A stretch of DNA of 64,000 nucleotides. It comes from an uncultured Candidatus Saccharibacteria bacterium. Lineage in GTDB: Bacteria > Patescibacteriota > Minisyncoccia > Phycocordibacterales > UBA918. Below, one piece after another: positions 37,758 through 46,817 of the stretch (positions are counted from its first letter, which is position 1; the number at the start of each line of letters is the position of its first letter). The DNA is taken from NCBI GenBank assembly GCA_964626635.1, contig CAZVFY010000001.1, positions 47,782 through 111,781 of the forward strand, read 5' to 3'. The notes beneath the pieces were generated by a model. It ran no database searches. It was not told the origin of the DNA and worked only from the letters and a program-made list of their open reading frames with translations. A program made the position numbers and the translations under genes.

Positions 37758-39788
37758 CTAATTTTTACTACCCAATTCTTCAAGGTATTGGATCTCATCG
37801 CGCAATAATGCCGCGGTCTCGAAATCCAAGATCGCCACCGCTTCTTCCATTTGACGCTTCTTTTCTTTGATGACTTTCTTAGGATTCTTTTTGTATAGTT
37901 CGGCGTCAATCTTGAGCATGCTATCGACCGCCTCGTCGTGCGTGCTGCGCATTTGATCAGCGATAGACTTGATTTCTTTGGTCACGGTGCGTGGGGTGAT
38001 GCCATGCTTTTCATTATGAGCCACCTGGATGGCGCGGCGACGACTGGTTTCGCCAATGGCGTACTCGAGCGCGTCAGTCATCTGATCGGCGTACAGTACG
38101 ACGCGTCCATTCACGTTACGAGCGGCGCGACCGATAGTCTGAATCAGTGCCGTGTCACTACGCAAGAAGCCAGTCTTATCGGCATCCAGAATCGCTACTA
38201 GCTCGACCTCTGGCAGGTCAAGCCCTTCACGGAGCAAGTTCACTCCGACGAGGCAATCGAACTTACCCTTACGAAAGTCCATCAAGATCTCGATCCGCTC
38301 GATGGTGTCGATATCGGAGTGAATGTATTTTGTCCTGATCCCCTTTTGCTCAAGAAAATCTGCCAGATCCTCCGCCATTTGCTTGGTCAAAGTGGTGGTC
38401 AGCACGCGGGCGCCGCCTTTGATAATCTGTTCGGCTTCAGCAATAAAGTCTTTGACCTGGCCAGGGTAGTCCTCGGTCTGCAGAATTGGTCGTACGTCGA
38501 TCTCAGGGTCTACTAGGCCGGTCGGACGAATGATCTGCTCGACTGGTCCAATGCCGCTTTCTTCCATCGCCGCCTTCTCGAATTTGCCGGGGGTGGCGGT
38601 GGTGTAGATCACCTGCCCCAAGCGTTCGGTGATCTCGTCGTATTTCAGCGGGCGGTTGTCGAGGGCTGACGGGAGGCGAAAGCCGTGTGAAATGAGCGTT
38701 TCCTTTCGGGCGCGGTCACCGTTGTACATGCCGTTTAGTTGCGGGATGGTGACGTGGGATTCGTCGATAATGGTCAGAAAGTCTGGTGTCCCGTCTGGCT
38801 TGTGTGGAAAGTACGACAACAGTGTGTACGGTGCTTCGCCCGGCGAGCGGCGGTCAAAGTGACGCGAGTAATTCTCGATCCCGTTGCAGTAGCCCACCTC
38901 GCGGATCAGTGCGAGATCATGTTCGGTACGGCGTTTGAGGCGTTCGGCTTCGAGTAGTTTGTCTTCTTGAGACTTAAAAAACTTGAGTTGTTCATTTAGT
39001 TCAAATTGGATGTCTTCAATGGCAGCTTTACGCTCATTCTCGGGGGTGACAAAGTGCTTGGCTGGGAACAGGTAAAATACATCGGGTTCATCAATGATCT
39101 CGCGGGTGATGGCGTCAATTTTGGTGATATTGCTGACGGTGTTGCCGCCAAACGATAACCGGTAGATAACTCGTTCGTTGGTCGGCATGATCTCGACCAT
39201 ATTGCCGACGGCGCGAAACTGCCCGGGATTCAGGTCGGCATTGGTACGTTCAAAATACATTCCGACCAGTAGTCGTAGCATTTCTGTCCGGGTCGTCTCG
39301 AAACCACGTTCGATTTTCTTGTGGACGCGTTCGTATTCTTTTGGTGATCCCAGGCCATAAATACACGACACTGACGCTACTATAATGACGTCATTTCGAG
39401 TCAATAACGCCTGGGTGCTAGCGTGGCGCAAGCGGTCGATTTCTTCGTTGATCTGCGCCTCCTTCTCAATGTACGTATCGCTGGTTGGCATGTACGCCTC
39501 GGGCTGATAGTAATCGTAATATGAGACAAAATAGTGCACGGCGTTGTTCGGAAAAAAATCCCGGTACTCCTGCGCCAGCTGGGCCGCGAGCGTCTTGTTG
39601 TGCGCGATGACGAGCGTCGGTTTCTGGATCTGCTGAATGACATTGGCGGCGGTAAAGGTTTTGCCAGACCCTGTCACCCCCAAGAGCGTCTGCGTTGGCA
39701 GCCCGTCTCGCACACCCTTGACCAAAGCCTCGATGGCTTTTGGCTGATCCCCAGCAGGAGTTTTGTCGGTGGCAAGGTCGAAGGTCAT
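37758..39788 (-). CDS. uvrB: Excinuclease ABC subunit B
   Basis: 676 aa. Walker A GVTGSGKT, helicase motifs, C-terminal UVR-interaction motif (FETAALLRDEIQYL). Confidence 0.95.
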   Translation of the reverse strand: MTFDLATDKTPAGDQPKAIEALVKGVRDGLPTQTLLGVTGSGKTFTAANVIQQIQKPTLVIAHNKTLAAQLAQEYRDFFPNNAVHYFVSYYDYYQPEAYMPTSDTYIEKEAQINEEIDRLRHASTQALLTRNDVIIVASVSCIYGLGSPKEYERVHKKIERGFETTRTEMLRLLVGMYFERTNADLNPGQFRAVGNMVEIMPTNERVIYRLSFGGNTVSNITKIDAITREIIDEPDVFYLFPAKHFVTPENERKAAIEDIQFELNEQLKFFKSQEDKLLEAERLKRRTEHDLALIREVGYCNGIENYSRHFDRRSPGEAPYTLLSYFPHKPDGTPDFLTIIDESHVTIPQLNGMYNGDRARKETLISHGFRLPSALDNRPLKYDEITERLGQVIYTTATPGKFEKAAMEESGIGPVEQIIRPTGLVDPEIDVRPILQTEDYPGQVKDFIAEAEQIIKGGARVLTTTLTKQMAEDLADFLEQKGIRTKYIHSDIDTIERIEILMDFRKGKFDCLVGVNLLREGLDLPEVELVAILDADKTGFLRSDTALIQTIGRAARNVNGRVVLYADQMTDALEYAIGETSRRRAIQVAHNEKHGITPRTVTKEIKSIADQMRSTHDEAVDSMLKIDAELYKKNPKKVIKEKKRQMEEAVAILDFETAALLRDEIQYLEELGSKN

Positions 39789-39870
39789 AATGTGGCAGTA
39801 TAGCCTGACACTTTAAATAGTTAAAGCGCAGCAGACTGTTCAAGTCTGCTGCGCCCAGTGGCTCTTGGCT

Positions 39871-40086
39871 TTAATTCAGGAGTTGGCTTATTAAGAATGC
39901 GCCACCTATAATGTGACATGATCCGATTAACACAAATACAATATCAAATTCATCAGGGATATATCGCGCTCTAATAAACCTAACTAGCATGAAGCCCAGA
40001 TACATCCAGACACACATCGCGGTTAGTACGAGCAGTTGATGGATTAGCCACATGACTCCAGTCATTGCATTTTCTCCTATGAGCAT
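39871..40086 (-). CDS. Small hypothetical membrane protein
   Basis: 71 aa, two hydrophobic helices. Could be spurious. Confidence 0.3.
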   Translation of the reverse strand: MLIGENAMTGVMWLIHQLLVLTAMCVWMYLGFMLVRFIRARYIPDEFDIVFVLIGSCHIIGGAFLISQLLN

Positions 40087-40187
40087 TTACTAAATATAGT
40101 ATATCATCGATAATTAGTTTGTCAATATTTCTCCACGCAACCACTTAGTAAGGTTCATTACCAAAAAATGTTATGTATTTTTGTTAT

Positions 40188-40228
40188 GAGAAATAAATAA
40201 GCGCGGCGGACATTGCTGTCCGCCGCCT
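40188..40228 (-). terminator. Intrinsic terminator ending a ~210-nt tgt 3' region
   Basis: Perfect 10-bp stem gcggcggaca-ttgc-tgtccgccgc, followed on the minus strand by CTTATTTATTTCTC. Confidence 0.55.
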
Positions 40229-40437
40229 TGATCACCAGCCAAGTGACATGAATGACTCTACTGGTCCGCATTTGTACCTGCGTCTCACTACAAACCTACT
40301 CACTCGCTCTTCGTGGTATAACTCGAGCCAAAGAAGAACGGTTTGCCCGTCAGTGTCCTTAACTAGGACTGGGCACCACGCAAATTTTTTCACCATTGGT
40401 AACACTCCGTGTTTGGTCTATTTAAATTAGCAATGAA

Positions 40438-41646
40438 TTACTGTATAGTCAATATTTTCTCCCGCAACCGCTTCGTATGTTGCACGATGAAATACAGGTT
40501 ATGGAGTGACGCCAAGTGCGGGCCGAGCATTTCGCTAGATTTAAATAAGTGCGCTAGGTACGCTTTGGTGTAATTCTGACAGACGTAGCAGTCGCACGAT
40601 TCATCTGGCTTTTCAAAGGCGCGCTGGTACTTGGCGTTCATGAGGTTGGTGCGGCGGTAGCCGTCATTGGTGCGCTCATAAATCGTCCCGGTGCGAGCAA
40701 TCCTTGTCGGGGCCACGCAGTCGAACGTATCGCACCCGAGGGCGACGCCCTCGACAATGTCCTCTGGCTCGCCAATACCGAGGAGATGGCGGGGTTTGTC
40801 CTCCGGGAGTATTTCATTAACGACGCGCAGTGCCTCACCCAGGTCGGCCTTGGAAAAGCTCCCACCAATCCCAAATCCATCAAAGTCCATCGCAGACAAC
40901 ACCCGCGCGCTTTCAGCGCGCAGATCGAGGTGCCGCCCGCCTTGGACGACGCCGTACAAGCCCTGTTTCTTAAGGGCCTCGAAATTCTGTTTGTGCGCCA
41001 GCACGCTGCGCTTGGCCCAGCGATGCGTACGGTCCATGGCTTCCTGTTGGTAATCTTTGTCGGCGGTCGGACTGGTGCACTCATCAAACGCAATGATGAT
41101 GTCGGCGCCGATGTTGTGCTGAATCTCAATTGATCGCTCGGCCGTGAAGCGATGCAGACTGCCGTCGATGTGCGACGTGAACGTCACCCCTTCTTCGTCG
41201 ATGATACAGAGCTTGCCGTGCTCGCTCGCCGCTTCGGCCGAATAGACATTAAGGCCTGACTTTTCCGCGGCGCGCTCGGCCTCCTCAGCATTCGCGGCAA
41301 ATTTGGTCACCCCCTTGCCGAACGCCGCGCCGAGCGAGAATACCTGAAATCCCCCACTGTCAGTAATGGTTGGCATGTCACAATTCGAGAATTGATGCAA
41401 GCCACCCGCTTCGCGCACAACATCGTCACCTGGTTGCAAGAATAAGTGGTAGGTATTGGCGAGTGCGACCTGATTACCTACATACTCACGCATGTCTTCA
41501 GGCTTGAGGCTTTTGACCGTACCTTTTGTGCCAACGACAACAAATGCTGGCGTTTCGATATCCCCGTGTGGGGTATGAATGACACCAGCCCGGCCAAGGG
41601 TGCCGAGTTGACGCTTAAGTACCTCGAATGAAACAGGTGCTTGCAT
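40438..41646 (-). CDS. tgt: Queuine tRNA-ribosyltransferase (tRNA-guanine transglycosylase)
   Basis: Start taken at MQAPVSFEV (M50 of the listed ORF). Its ATG overlaps the FKBP gene's TAA by 1 nt. Catalytic region (AFDECTSP) and C-terminal Zn site CDCYVCQNY...H. Confidence 0.9.
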   Translation of the reverse strand: MQAPVSFEVLKRQLGTLGRAGVIHTPHGDIETPAFVVVGTKGTVKSLKPEDMREYVGNQVALANTYHLFLQPGDDVVREAGGLHQFSNCDMPTITDSGGFQVFSLGAAFGKGVTKFAANAEEAERAAEKSGLNVYSAEAASEHGKLCIIDEEGVTFTSHIDGSLHRFTAERSIEIQHNIGADIIIAFDECTSPTADKDYQQEAMDRTHRWAKRSVLAHKQNFEALKKQGLYGVVQGGRHLDLRAESARVLSAMDFDGFGIGGSFSKADLGEALRVVNEILPEDKPRHLLGIGEPEDIVEGVALGCDTFDCVAPTRIARTGTIYERTNDGYRRTNLMNAKYQRAFEKPDESCDCYVCQNYTKAYLAHLFKSSEMLGPHLASLHNLYFIVQHTKRLREKILTIQ

Positions 41647-42200
41647 TATTTTATAGCCACCAGTTCGACCTGGAAGACGAGCGTGGCGTTCGGTGGGATT
41701 GGGCCAATTCCCTGTTCGCCGTAGGCTTTTTCCGGAGGGATAACCAAGGTTCGTTCGCCGCCGACTTTCATACCGGCAATGCCCTCTTCCCAACCAGCGA
41801 TAACTTGGCCGCTGCCAAGGGTGAATTCGATCGGTGCACCTCGCTTGACTGAGTTGTCGAACTCAGTGCCGTTTTGTAGCTTACCGACATAGTGTACTGC
41901 CACCATATCGCCAGTAGCGGCTTCCTGGCCAGTGCCAATAGTAATATCTTCAATAGAAAGTTCTGATGCCATAATAGGATTGTTAGTTTGAGTAAGATCA
42001 GCTGCTAATTCATCTGAAACAACGATTGCATCAGGGTCGGCCGCAACAATTGCAGCGGCTGGACCAGTGGCCGTGAAGGTATTCGTCACTTGCAGTAAAT
42101 AAAGTGAAAGACCAATTGCAACTGCGCAAAATGCTATAGCAATAACTTGAACGTTGTTCGACATGAGAGTCATCGTACTATTTATAACGGTAATAAACAA
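41646..42200 (-). CDS. Membrane-anchored FKBP-type peptidyl-prolyl cis-trans isomerase
   Basis: 184 aa. N-terminal TM, FKBP core (VAVHYVGKLQNGTEFDNS...GSGQVIAGWEEGIAGMKVGGERTLVIPPEKAYG). Confidence 0.75.
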   Translation of the reverse strand: MFITVINSTMTLMSNNVQVIAIAFCAVAIGLSLYLLQVTNTFTATGPAAAIVAADPDAIVVSDELAADLTQTNNPIMASELSIEDITIGTGQEAATGDMVAVHYVGKLQNGTEFDNSVKRGAPIEFTLGSGQVIAGWEEGIAGMKVGGERTLVIPPEKAYGEQGIGPIPPNATLVFQVELVAIK

Positions 42201-42203
42201 CTG

Positions 42204-42656
42204 TTACCAGCTTTGCAGTGATTCTGAGTAAGTAACTGCTTGATTATCCGTATTAAAAAAGCCGATTTCATATTGATACATGTAGTACATCAGTCCTGCC
42301 GCCGCTACAGTAAATGCGCCCACGATAACAAAAATGTACTGGGCTATTACCATATGGTTCCAATTTGTTTCTGGCTCAGCAAAACTTGTTGACTCTACAT
42401 TAATATGTAGCAGTTCAGCAATTTCATGGGGTTGTAGTGTTTCACTGCTAGAAAATATTTTATGCATCCCATCAGCGCGTACTTCTTTGGTGATATTATT
42501 TTCGCGGAGTACGGTCAAGGCTGTGTCTACTTCATCCTGATTAAATCTCGCACTAATTAGCACTGACTTGATATGTTCGTCAGGCGCTGTTTGATCAAGT
42601 CCGTTGATTTTAAGAATGGTTTCGATTTGTTGGCGCGAGATCATAGCTAGAGTCAT
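42204..42656 (-). CDS. Hypothetical protein with C-terminal TM helix
   Basis: 150 aa. Soluble N-terminal domain, then IAQYIFVIVGAFTVAAAGLMYYMY. Confidence 0.4.
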   Translation of the reverse strand: MTLAMISRQQIETILKINGLDQTAPDEHIKSVLISARFNQDEVDTALTVLRENNITKEVRADGMHKIFSSSETLQPHEIAELLHINVESTSFAEPETNWNHMVIAQYIFVIVGAFTVAAAGLMYYMYQYEIGFFNTDNQAVTYSESLQSW

Positions 42657-43716
42657 CAGTACTGGTGATCCGTTGATCTTGTACGATATGTTGATTATAT
42701 ATTTCTAATAGCACTAAAAACAGAGTTACTACCACCGGCCCAATCAAAAAGCCGATTGGGCCAAACAATGAAATACCGCCCAACACTGATATTAGAATGA
42801 TAAACGGGTGTAATTTGTTACCGCGACTCATCAGGTAGGGGCCAATCAAATTGTCGACTAGCCCAACTACGACCACAGACCAAATCAGCAGCCCGACCCC
42901 CGATACAATATTTCCGGTCACAAAGAGAGTAATAACGATCGGAATCATCACAATACCTGTCCCCACCCCAGGGATCATAGCGCCGATCGCCGCTACCGCC
43001 CCGAGCAGGATGGCTCGATCAACTCCAAATAATGTCAGACCAATTGCCGCTAATGTCCCCTGAATGAGAGCGACGAACAATGTCCCGGTCGCAACGGCGC
43101 GCACCGCTCGACCGAGTCGGTCGAGAATCTCCTTGTCCTCATGGTCTGGCAACGGACTGGCTTTGATGAGTACTTGCAAAAGTTCTTGACCATCGCGAAA
43201 GAAATAAAATGAGGCAATGATAGCGATAAAAAACAAGAACACGGTCGATATTGTGCTCGCAAAAATACTCGCCAGGTTACCAGTTAGCCATTCCGCGACT
43301 AAACGCAGTTGCTCAGCCAAATTAAGCTCTAAACCAGGCAAGATCAGTCCAATTTGCGACTCTAGCATTGTGAGCGTTCCACCAAATGTGAGTGAGCCAT
43401 CTTGATCAATGTCCTGATACAAACTGATTAGTTCATTGACAACTAATGTCGAAATAAAAGCGATCGGCATGATACCAATTGTAAATACAATCAAGGTTGA
43501 TAACAGGGCTGCGATCGAACGATTCTGGCGTGGCATACGCGGCACCAGCCACTGATATAGCGGACTAGAAATTGTCACGATTACCGCCGCCAGTGCCAGG
43601 GAGCTCAGGAATGGTGACGTGATCAACCACACCATGTACCCAGACAGGAGTAATAAAGAAAAGAAAAACGCGTATTCAACGATGCGGCTAAGAGACATAG
43701 TAAAAGTATACAACAA
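42610..43716 (-). CDS. AI-2E family transporter (UPF0118 / PerM-like)
   Basis: 368 aa, about 8 TM, arrangement typical of AI-2E/YdiK family permeases. Confidence 0.7.
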   Translation of the reverse strand: MLYTFTMSLSRIVEYAFFFSLLLLSGYMVWLITSPFLSSLALAAVIVTISSPLYQWLVPRMPRQNRSIAALLSTLIVFTIGIMPIAFISTLVVNELISLYQDIDQDGSLTFGGTLTMLESQIGLILPGLELNLAEQLRLVAEWLTGNLASIFASTISTVFLFFIAIIASFYFFRDGQELLQVLIKASPLPDHEDKEILDRLGRAVRAVATGTLFVALIQGTLAAIGLTLFGVDRAILLGAVAAIGAMIPGVGTGIVMIPIVITLFVTGNIVSGVGLLIWSVVVVGLVDNLIGPYLMSRGNKLHPFIILISVLGGISLFGPIGFLIGPVVVTLFLVLLEIYNQHIVQDQRITSTDDSSYDLAPTNRNHS

Positions 43717-44026
43717 AGCCGAGCAGAAATGCCCGGCCGTGACTTAAAAGTTTTCCTGAATCTCAATCTGCGATTGGATGGCGGCTAGCTCTACGAGTCT
43801 GAGTGACTCAGTGGCAGCGCCGTCAAACGCATGAAAAGAGTTGCTAAAAAACTGCGAAAGACCATACAAAATGATCAAAAGTCCGAGGGCTCGAAACATA
43901 TTAAATGAGTTGCGTCTTGTGCTGAACTGATCAGCACTGCCTGTTAATGCATAAGACGCAACAGTCCTTTGGACTAACTCCTAATAATTTCTTAACACAT
44001 TTTAAACGGTTTGTACATAGCTGGAC

Positions 44027-44569
44027 TTAGTCCGACTGAATTTGATTAGAGAAGAAACCTAGTTCGCGCGCATCAATCGCACCAGTGCGTGTCCGCACCA
44101 ACGCACCATCGCTGTCGTAGTACAACGTAGTTGGCATTGTAAGGCCAGCAACGGTTTGAAAATAACTGTCCACAGTATCTCGAACGATCGTGATGTTTGG
44201 TGTTGCATATTGTGCCAAGAAATCGCTGGCGACCGACTCGGGGTCAGACCGATTGATCGCCAGTACCGCCAACTGACCAGTGGGCTCTGTAGCAGCTAGC
44301 TCATCGAGTAGCGCTAAATCGCTGGGTGCAGATGGTACCCAGCTAGCCCACACATAGACAATCGTCGGCATGCCTTGATATGACGCGAGATCAAATGGCT
44401 CTTTATCATAGCGAGTCAGTGATGAGCTGGCAATAGTATTGGCGGTCTCCAACAAAGCTGAACGATCATCGGTATCATATGTGTCCGCAGTAAAATACCA
44501 CACGAACCCTGCCGCCAGCGTCAGCAACCCTCCGAGTACCAAGAGCGTAATCAAGCTATCCCTACGCAT
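44027..44569 (-). CDS. Membrane-anchored thioredoxin-fold (TlpA/redoxin-like) protein lacking the CXXC active site
   Basis: 180 aa. N-terminal TM. WASWVPSAPS sits where TlpA-like proteins have WATWCPPC. Confidence 0.5.
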   Translation of the reverse strand: MRRDSLITLLVLGGLLTLAAGFVWYFTADTYDTDDRSALLETANTIASSSLTRYDKEPFDLASYQGMPTIVYVWASWVPSAPSDLALLDELAATEPTGQLAVLAINRSDPESVASDFLAQYATPNITIVRDTVDSYFQTVAGLTMPTTLYYDSDGALVRTRTGAIDARELGFFSNQIQSD

Positions 44570-44571
44570 AA

Positions 44572-45837
44572 TTAGGTGTCAGTAGTGTCGACCCGGAATC
44601 CCGGTGGCTCGTAATATTCGGTGACTGCAAAATTTTCGGTCATTGATAAATATATTCCCCACACCATTAACAACCCGAGAGCGACCACCGCAGCACTCGC
44701 TGCTAGTAACAAGCGATTGTCACGCAGCCATTTAAGGCGACGATGCTGAAGCGTAGCGCCTTCATCGTCGGAACGTAGATCAAGTAGATCAGCCCCAGGG
44801 CCTGAAGCGTTCGTGGGCGCAGTTCTGCGGTGAGCCATGCGCTTTAAGTCGGGCGTAATGCCTGAAAGGCGCAACATCCGTCTGATGTAGTACCGCACCG
44901 CCAATACGACTAACCCCACCAATCCACTAATCAGCACGGAGCCGAGCAGCAAACCGCGCCAGGGTATTATCCAGAAGTGTGTTTCGGCAGACATAAACTG
45001 CCTTGATTCAGAGCCGTATCCAAGTGTCAAGGCAGCCGTGTGGCGACCAAAATGTGACAGCTGCCAATCACTCGACCAATTAATCACATACTCGCGAGTG
45101 CTACTAGCCAGCACATTACCAAACTGGCTATTGCCGCCGATCTCGATTCTGGTGTGCTCATTACCCCACATATCGGTCACTGTTATGTCACCATCTGGTT
45201 GCAAATGGACATTGCCAGTATTTTTGACGCGGACAGAAAAACTAGTGTCAGGCGCTGCATAAATCAATTGAGAAGTAATAAACTCGCGCAGGCGAGCCTC
45301 CTCGATAACGCCGCCGCCAACGGTCAACAACACCAGAGACGTCACCACCTGGGCCGTCTCGAGCCTGGACACCTGCGCCCCAGAGTCTGGTGGACGAGTA
45401 CCGACTAGCAAGGCAGCGTAGTGCCCTCCTGGTGGTGCGTCGTCTGGCACGTTTATGGAAAACGGCACCTGTGCCACCGCACCCGGTTTGATGGTGTGCA
45501 TGAGTTCTGGAATGGTGATCCATTCGGCGATGGTGTTGCCAGGCTCATTTTGGTCCAAGATCGGCAACAACTCGCCGGTTCCCTGTTCGCCTACCGGAGC
45601 AAAATTAACTGCTTCGACGTAGACCGTGATCGGATACTCATTAGCATTAATCACGCGCAACTGACTCCGAAATGGTACGCCAGGCACCGTATCCGCGTTG
45701 AACATCGTCGGTGTCACACTGAGCACCTGCGACGACTGCGCGCCGACCGCGCTCACCCCAACCGCACTGAAACTAGCCAGCAGCAGAACGCCAAAAATAG
45801 CGTACCTATTAATTATTATTTGCCAGGTCAATGTCAT
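44572..45837 (-). CDS. Secreted / C-terminally TM-anchored surface protein (signal peptide, beta-sandwich ectodomain, TM, cytoplasmic tail); DUF916/DUF3324-like architecture
   Basis: 421 aa. Signal peptide ending VGAQS, ectodomain, TM LLLGSVLISGLVGLVVLAV, basic tail, second C-terminal hydrophobic segment. Confidence 0.45.
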   Translation of the reverse strand: MTLTWQIIINRYAIFGVLLLASFSAVGVSAVGAQSSQVLSVTPTMFNADTVPGVPFRSQLRVINANEYPITVYVEAVNFAPVGEQGTGELLPILDQNEPGNTIAEWITIPELMHTIKPGAVAQVPFSINVPDDAPPGGHYAALLVGTRPPDSGAQVSRLETAQVVTSLVLLTVGGGVIEEARLREFITSQLIYAAPDTSFSVRVKNTGNVHLQPDGDITVTDMWGNEHTRIEIGGNSQFGNVLASSTREYVINWSSDWQLSHFGRHTAALTLGYGSESRQFMSAETHFWIIPWRGLLLGSVLISGLVGLVVLAVRYYIRRMLRLSGITPDLKRMAHRRTAPTNASGPGADLLDLRSDDEGATLQHRRLKWLRDNRLLLAASAAVVALGLLMVWGIYLSMTENFAVTEYYEPPGFRVDTTDT

Positions 45838-46801
45838 GATCTTTGGTTTCGTGATCGCGGTTAGTGCCGACGTACATCGCTACCGACTCGCCGTGTTCAC
45901 TGTTATCTGTCACTGCGCGCGTTCGCAGTAAAGAGAGTAAGAGTAGTAGTACGGCTAGCATGCCAACGCCAAGAACTAAGAAAATCCACCATGGCACCGC
46001 TAGGAACGATGTCGACGCGAACACCGTTGCGCGTTGCTCGCCATACGTGAGGAGCGCGTTGGCTGACACTCGCCCGGCCGGGACAGTGTCGGGGAGCGGT
46101 ACTGTCAGTACCAACTCTTCGCTCACGCCAATTATTTGGTCATAGGTGTTAACTGGCGCCGCCGCGATCTCGCGACCGCGCGCGTCATAAAAAACTACTT
46201 CGCCTTGCGGGTTGATAGCGCGTTGGCCTTCATTAGTGACAGTTAGTGTCAATGTTTTATCAGACTCATCAAACACAAAGCGATCGCTTTCGAGAGCTGC
46301 GATCCTGATACTCTCGACCCGGGTGTCGGGCACGGTGACCTTGAGGATCAGTCCTGGCGCGTCACCGGCTAGCGCAGCTGCTTCGGCTATTGCGCGATTA
46401 CTGGCTTGTGTCAAACCAATAAACGCGTGGTACACACCCGGCGGTGTGTTGGGGTGGGTCTGGACGGTCAGTGGGATCGCGGTTGTTTCACCGGCTGGCA
46501 AGCTAATCCGACCGCGGTTGATGCTGATCCAGCTAGTGACATCGGTCTCGCGATCCGTCATCACTGGTGGTACGAACTCGCTGATGCTGCCGGTATTGTC
46601 GATGGCGATTTGGTTGACGGTGGCGTACAGTGTTGCGGTGCGACTGTCATAACTGTTGCGCAGGGTGATGTCGCGAGTGACAGACTGGCGTGGCTCAATT
46701 TCTATGTCAATTAATCGGGGTGCGATAGATACATCCGCTGATGCTGGTATAGTTCCAGCAATCCATAATGCCGCGATTAGTGGTGGGTACCGCAATTTCA
46801 T
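45809..46801 (-). CDS. Secreted / C-terminally TM-anchored surface protein, same architecture as the neighbouring 44572..45837 gene
   Basis: 330 aa. Signal peptide (AALWIAGTIPASA), ectodomain, TM WWIFLVLGVGMLAVLLLLLSLL. Confidence 0.45.
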   Translation of the reverse strand: MKLRYPPLIAALWIAGTIPASADVSIAPRLIDIEIEPRQSVTRDITLRNSYDSRTATLYATVNQIAIDNTGSISEFVPPVMTDRETDVTSWISINRGRISLPAGETTAIPLTVQTHPNTPPGVYHAFIGLTQASNRAIAEAAALAGDAPGLILKVTVPDTRVESIRIAALESDRFVFDESDKTLTLTVTNEGQRAINPQGEVVFYDARGREIAAAPVNTYDQIIGVSEELVLTVPLPDTVPAGRVSANALLTYGEQRATVFASTSFLAVPWWIFLVLGVGMLAVLLLLLSLLRTRAVTDNSEHGESVAMYVGTNRDHETKDHDIDLANNN

Positions 46802-46817
46802 AGGTGTATCATATCAT

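Noticed and set aside
37718-37909. 63-aa minus-strand ORF overlapping the 3' end of uvrB
   Set aside because: It is out-of-frame overlap with a high-confidence gene and has basic low-complexity composition. Likely spurious.
40248-40430. 60-aa plus-strand ORF in the tgt 3' region
   Set aside because: It is the only plus-strand ORF in a minus-strand block. It has no RBS-like context and a Ser/Thr/Leu-rich composition atypical of the window. Treated as non-coding, and the region is flagged separately as a possible structured RNA.
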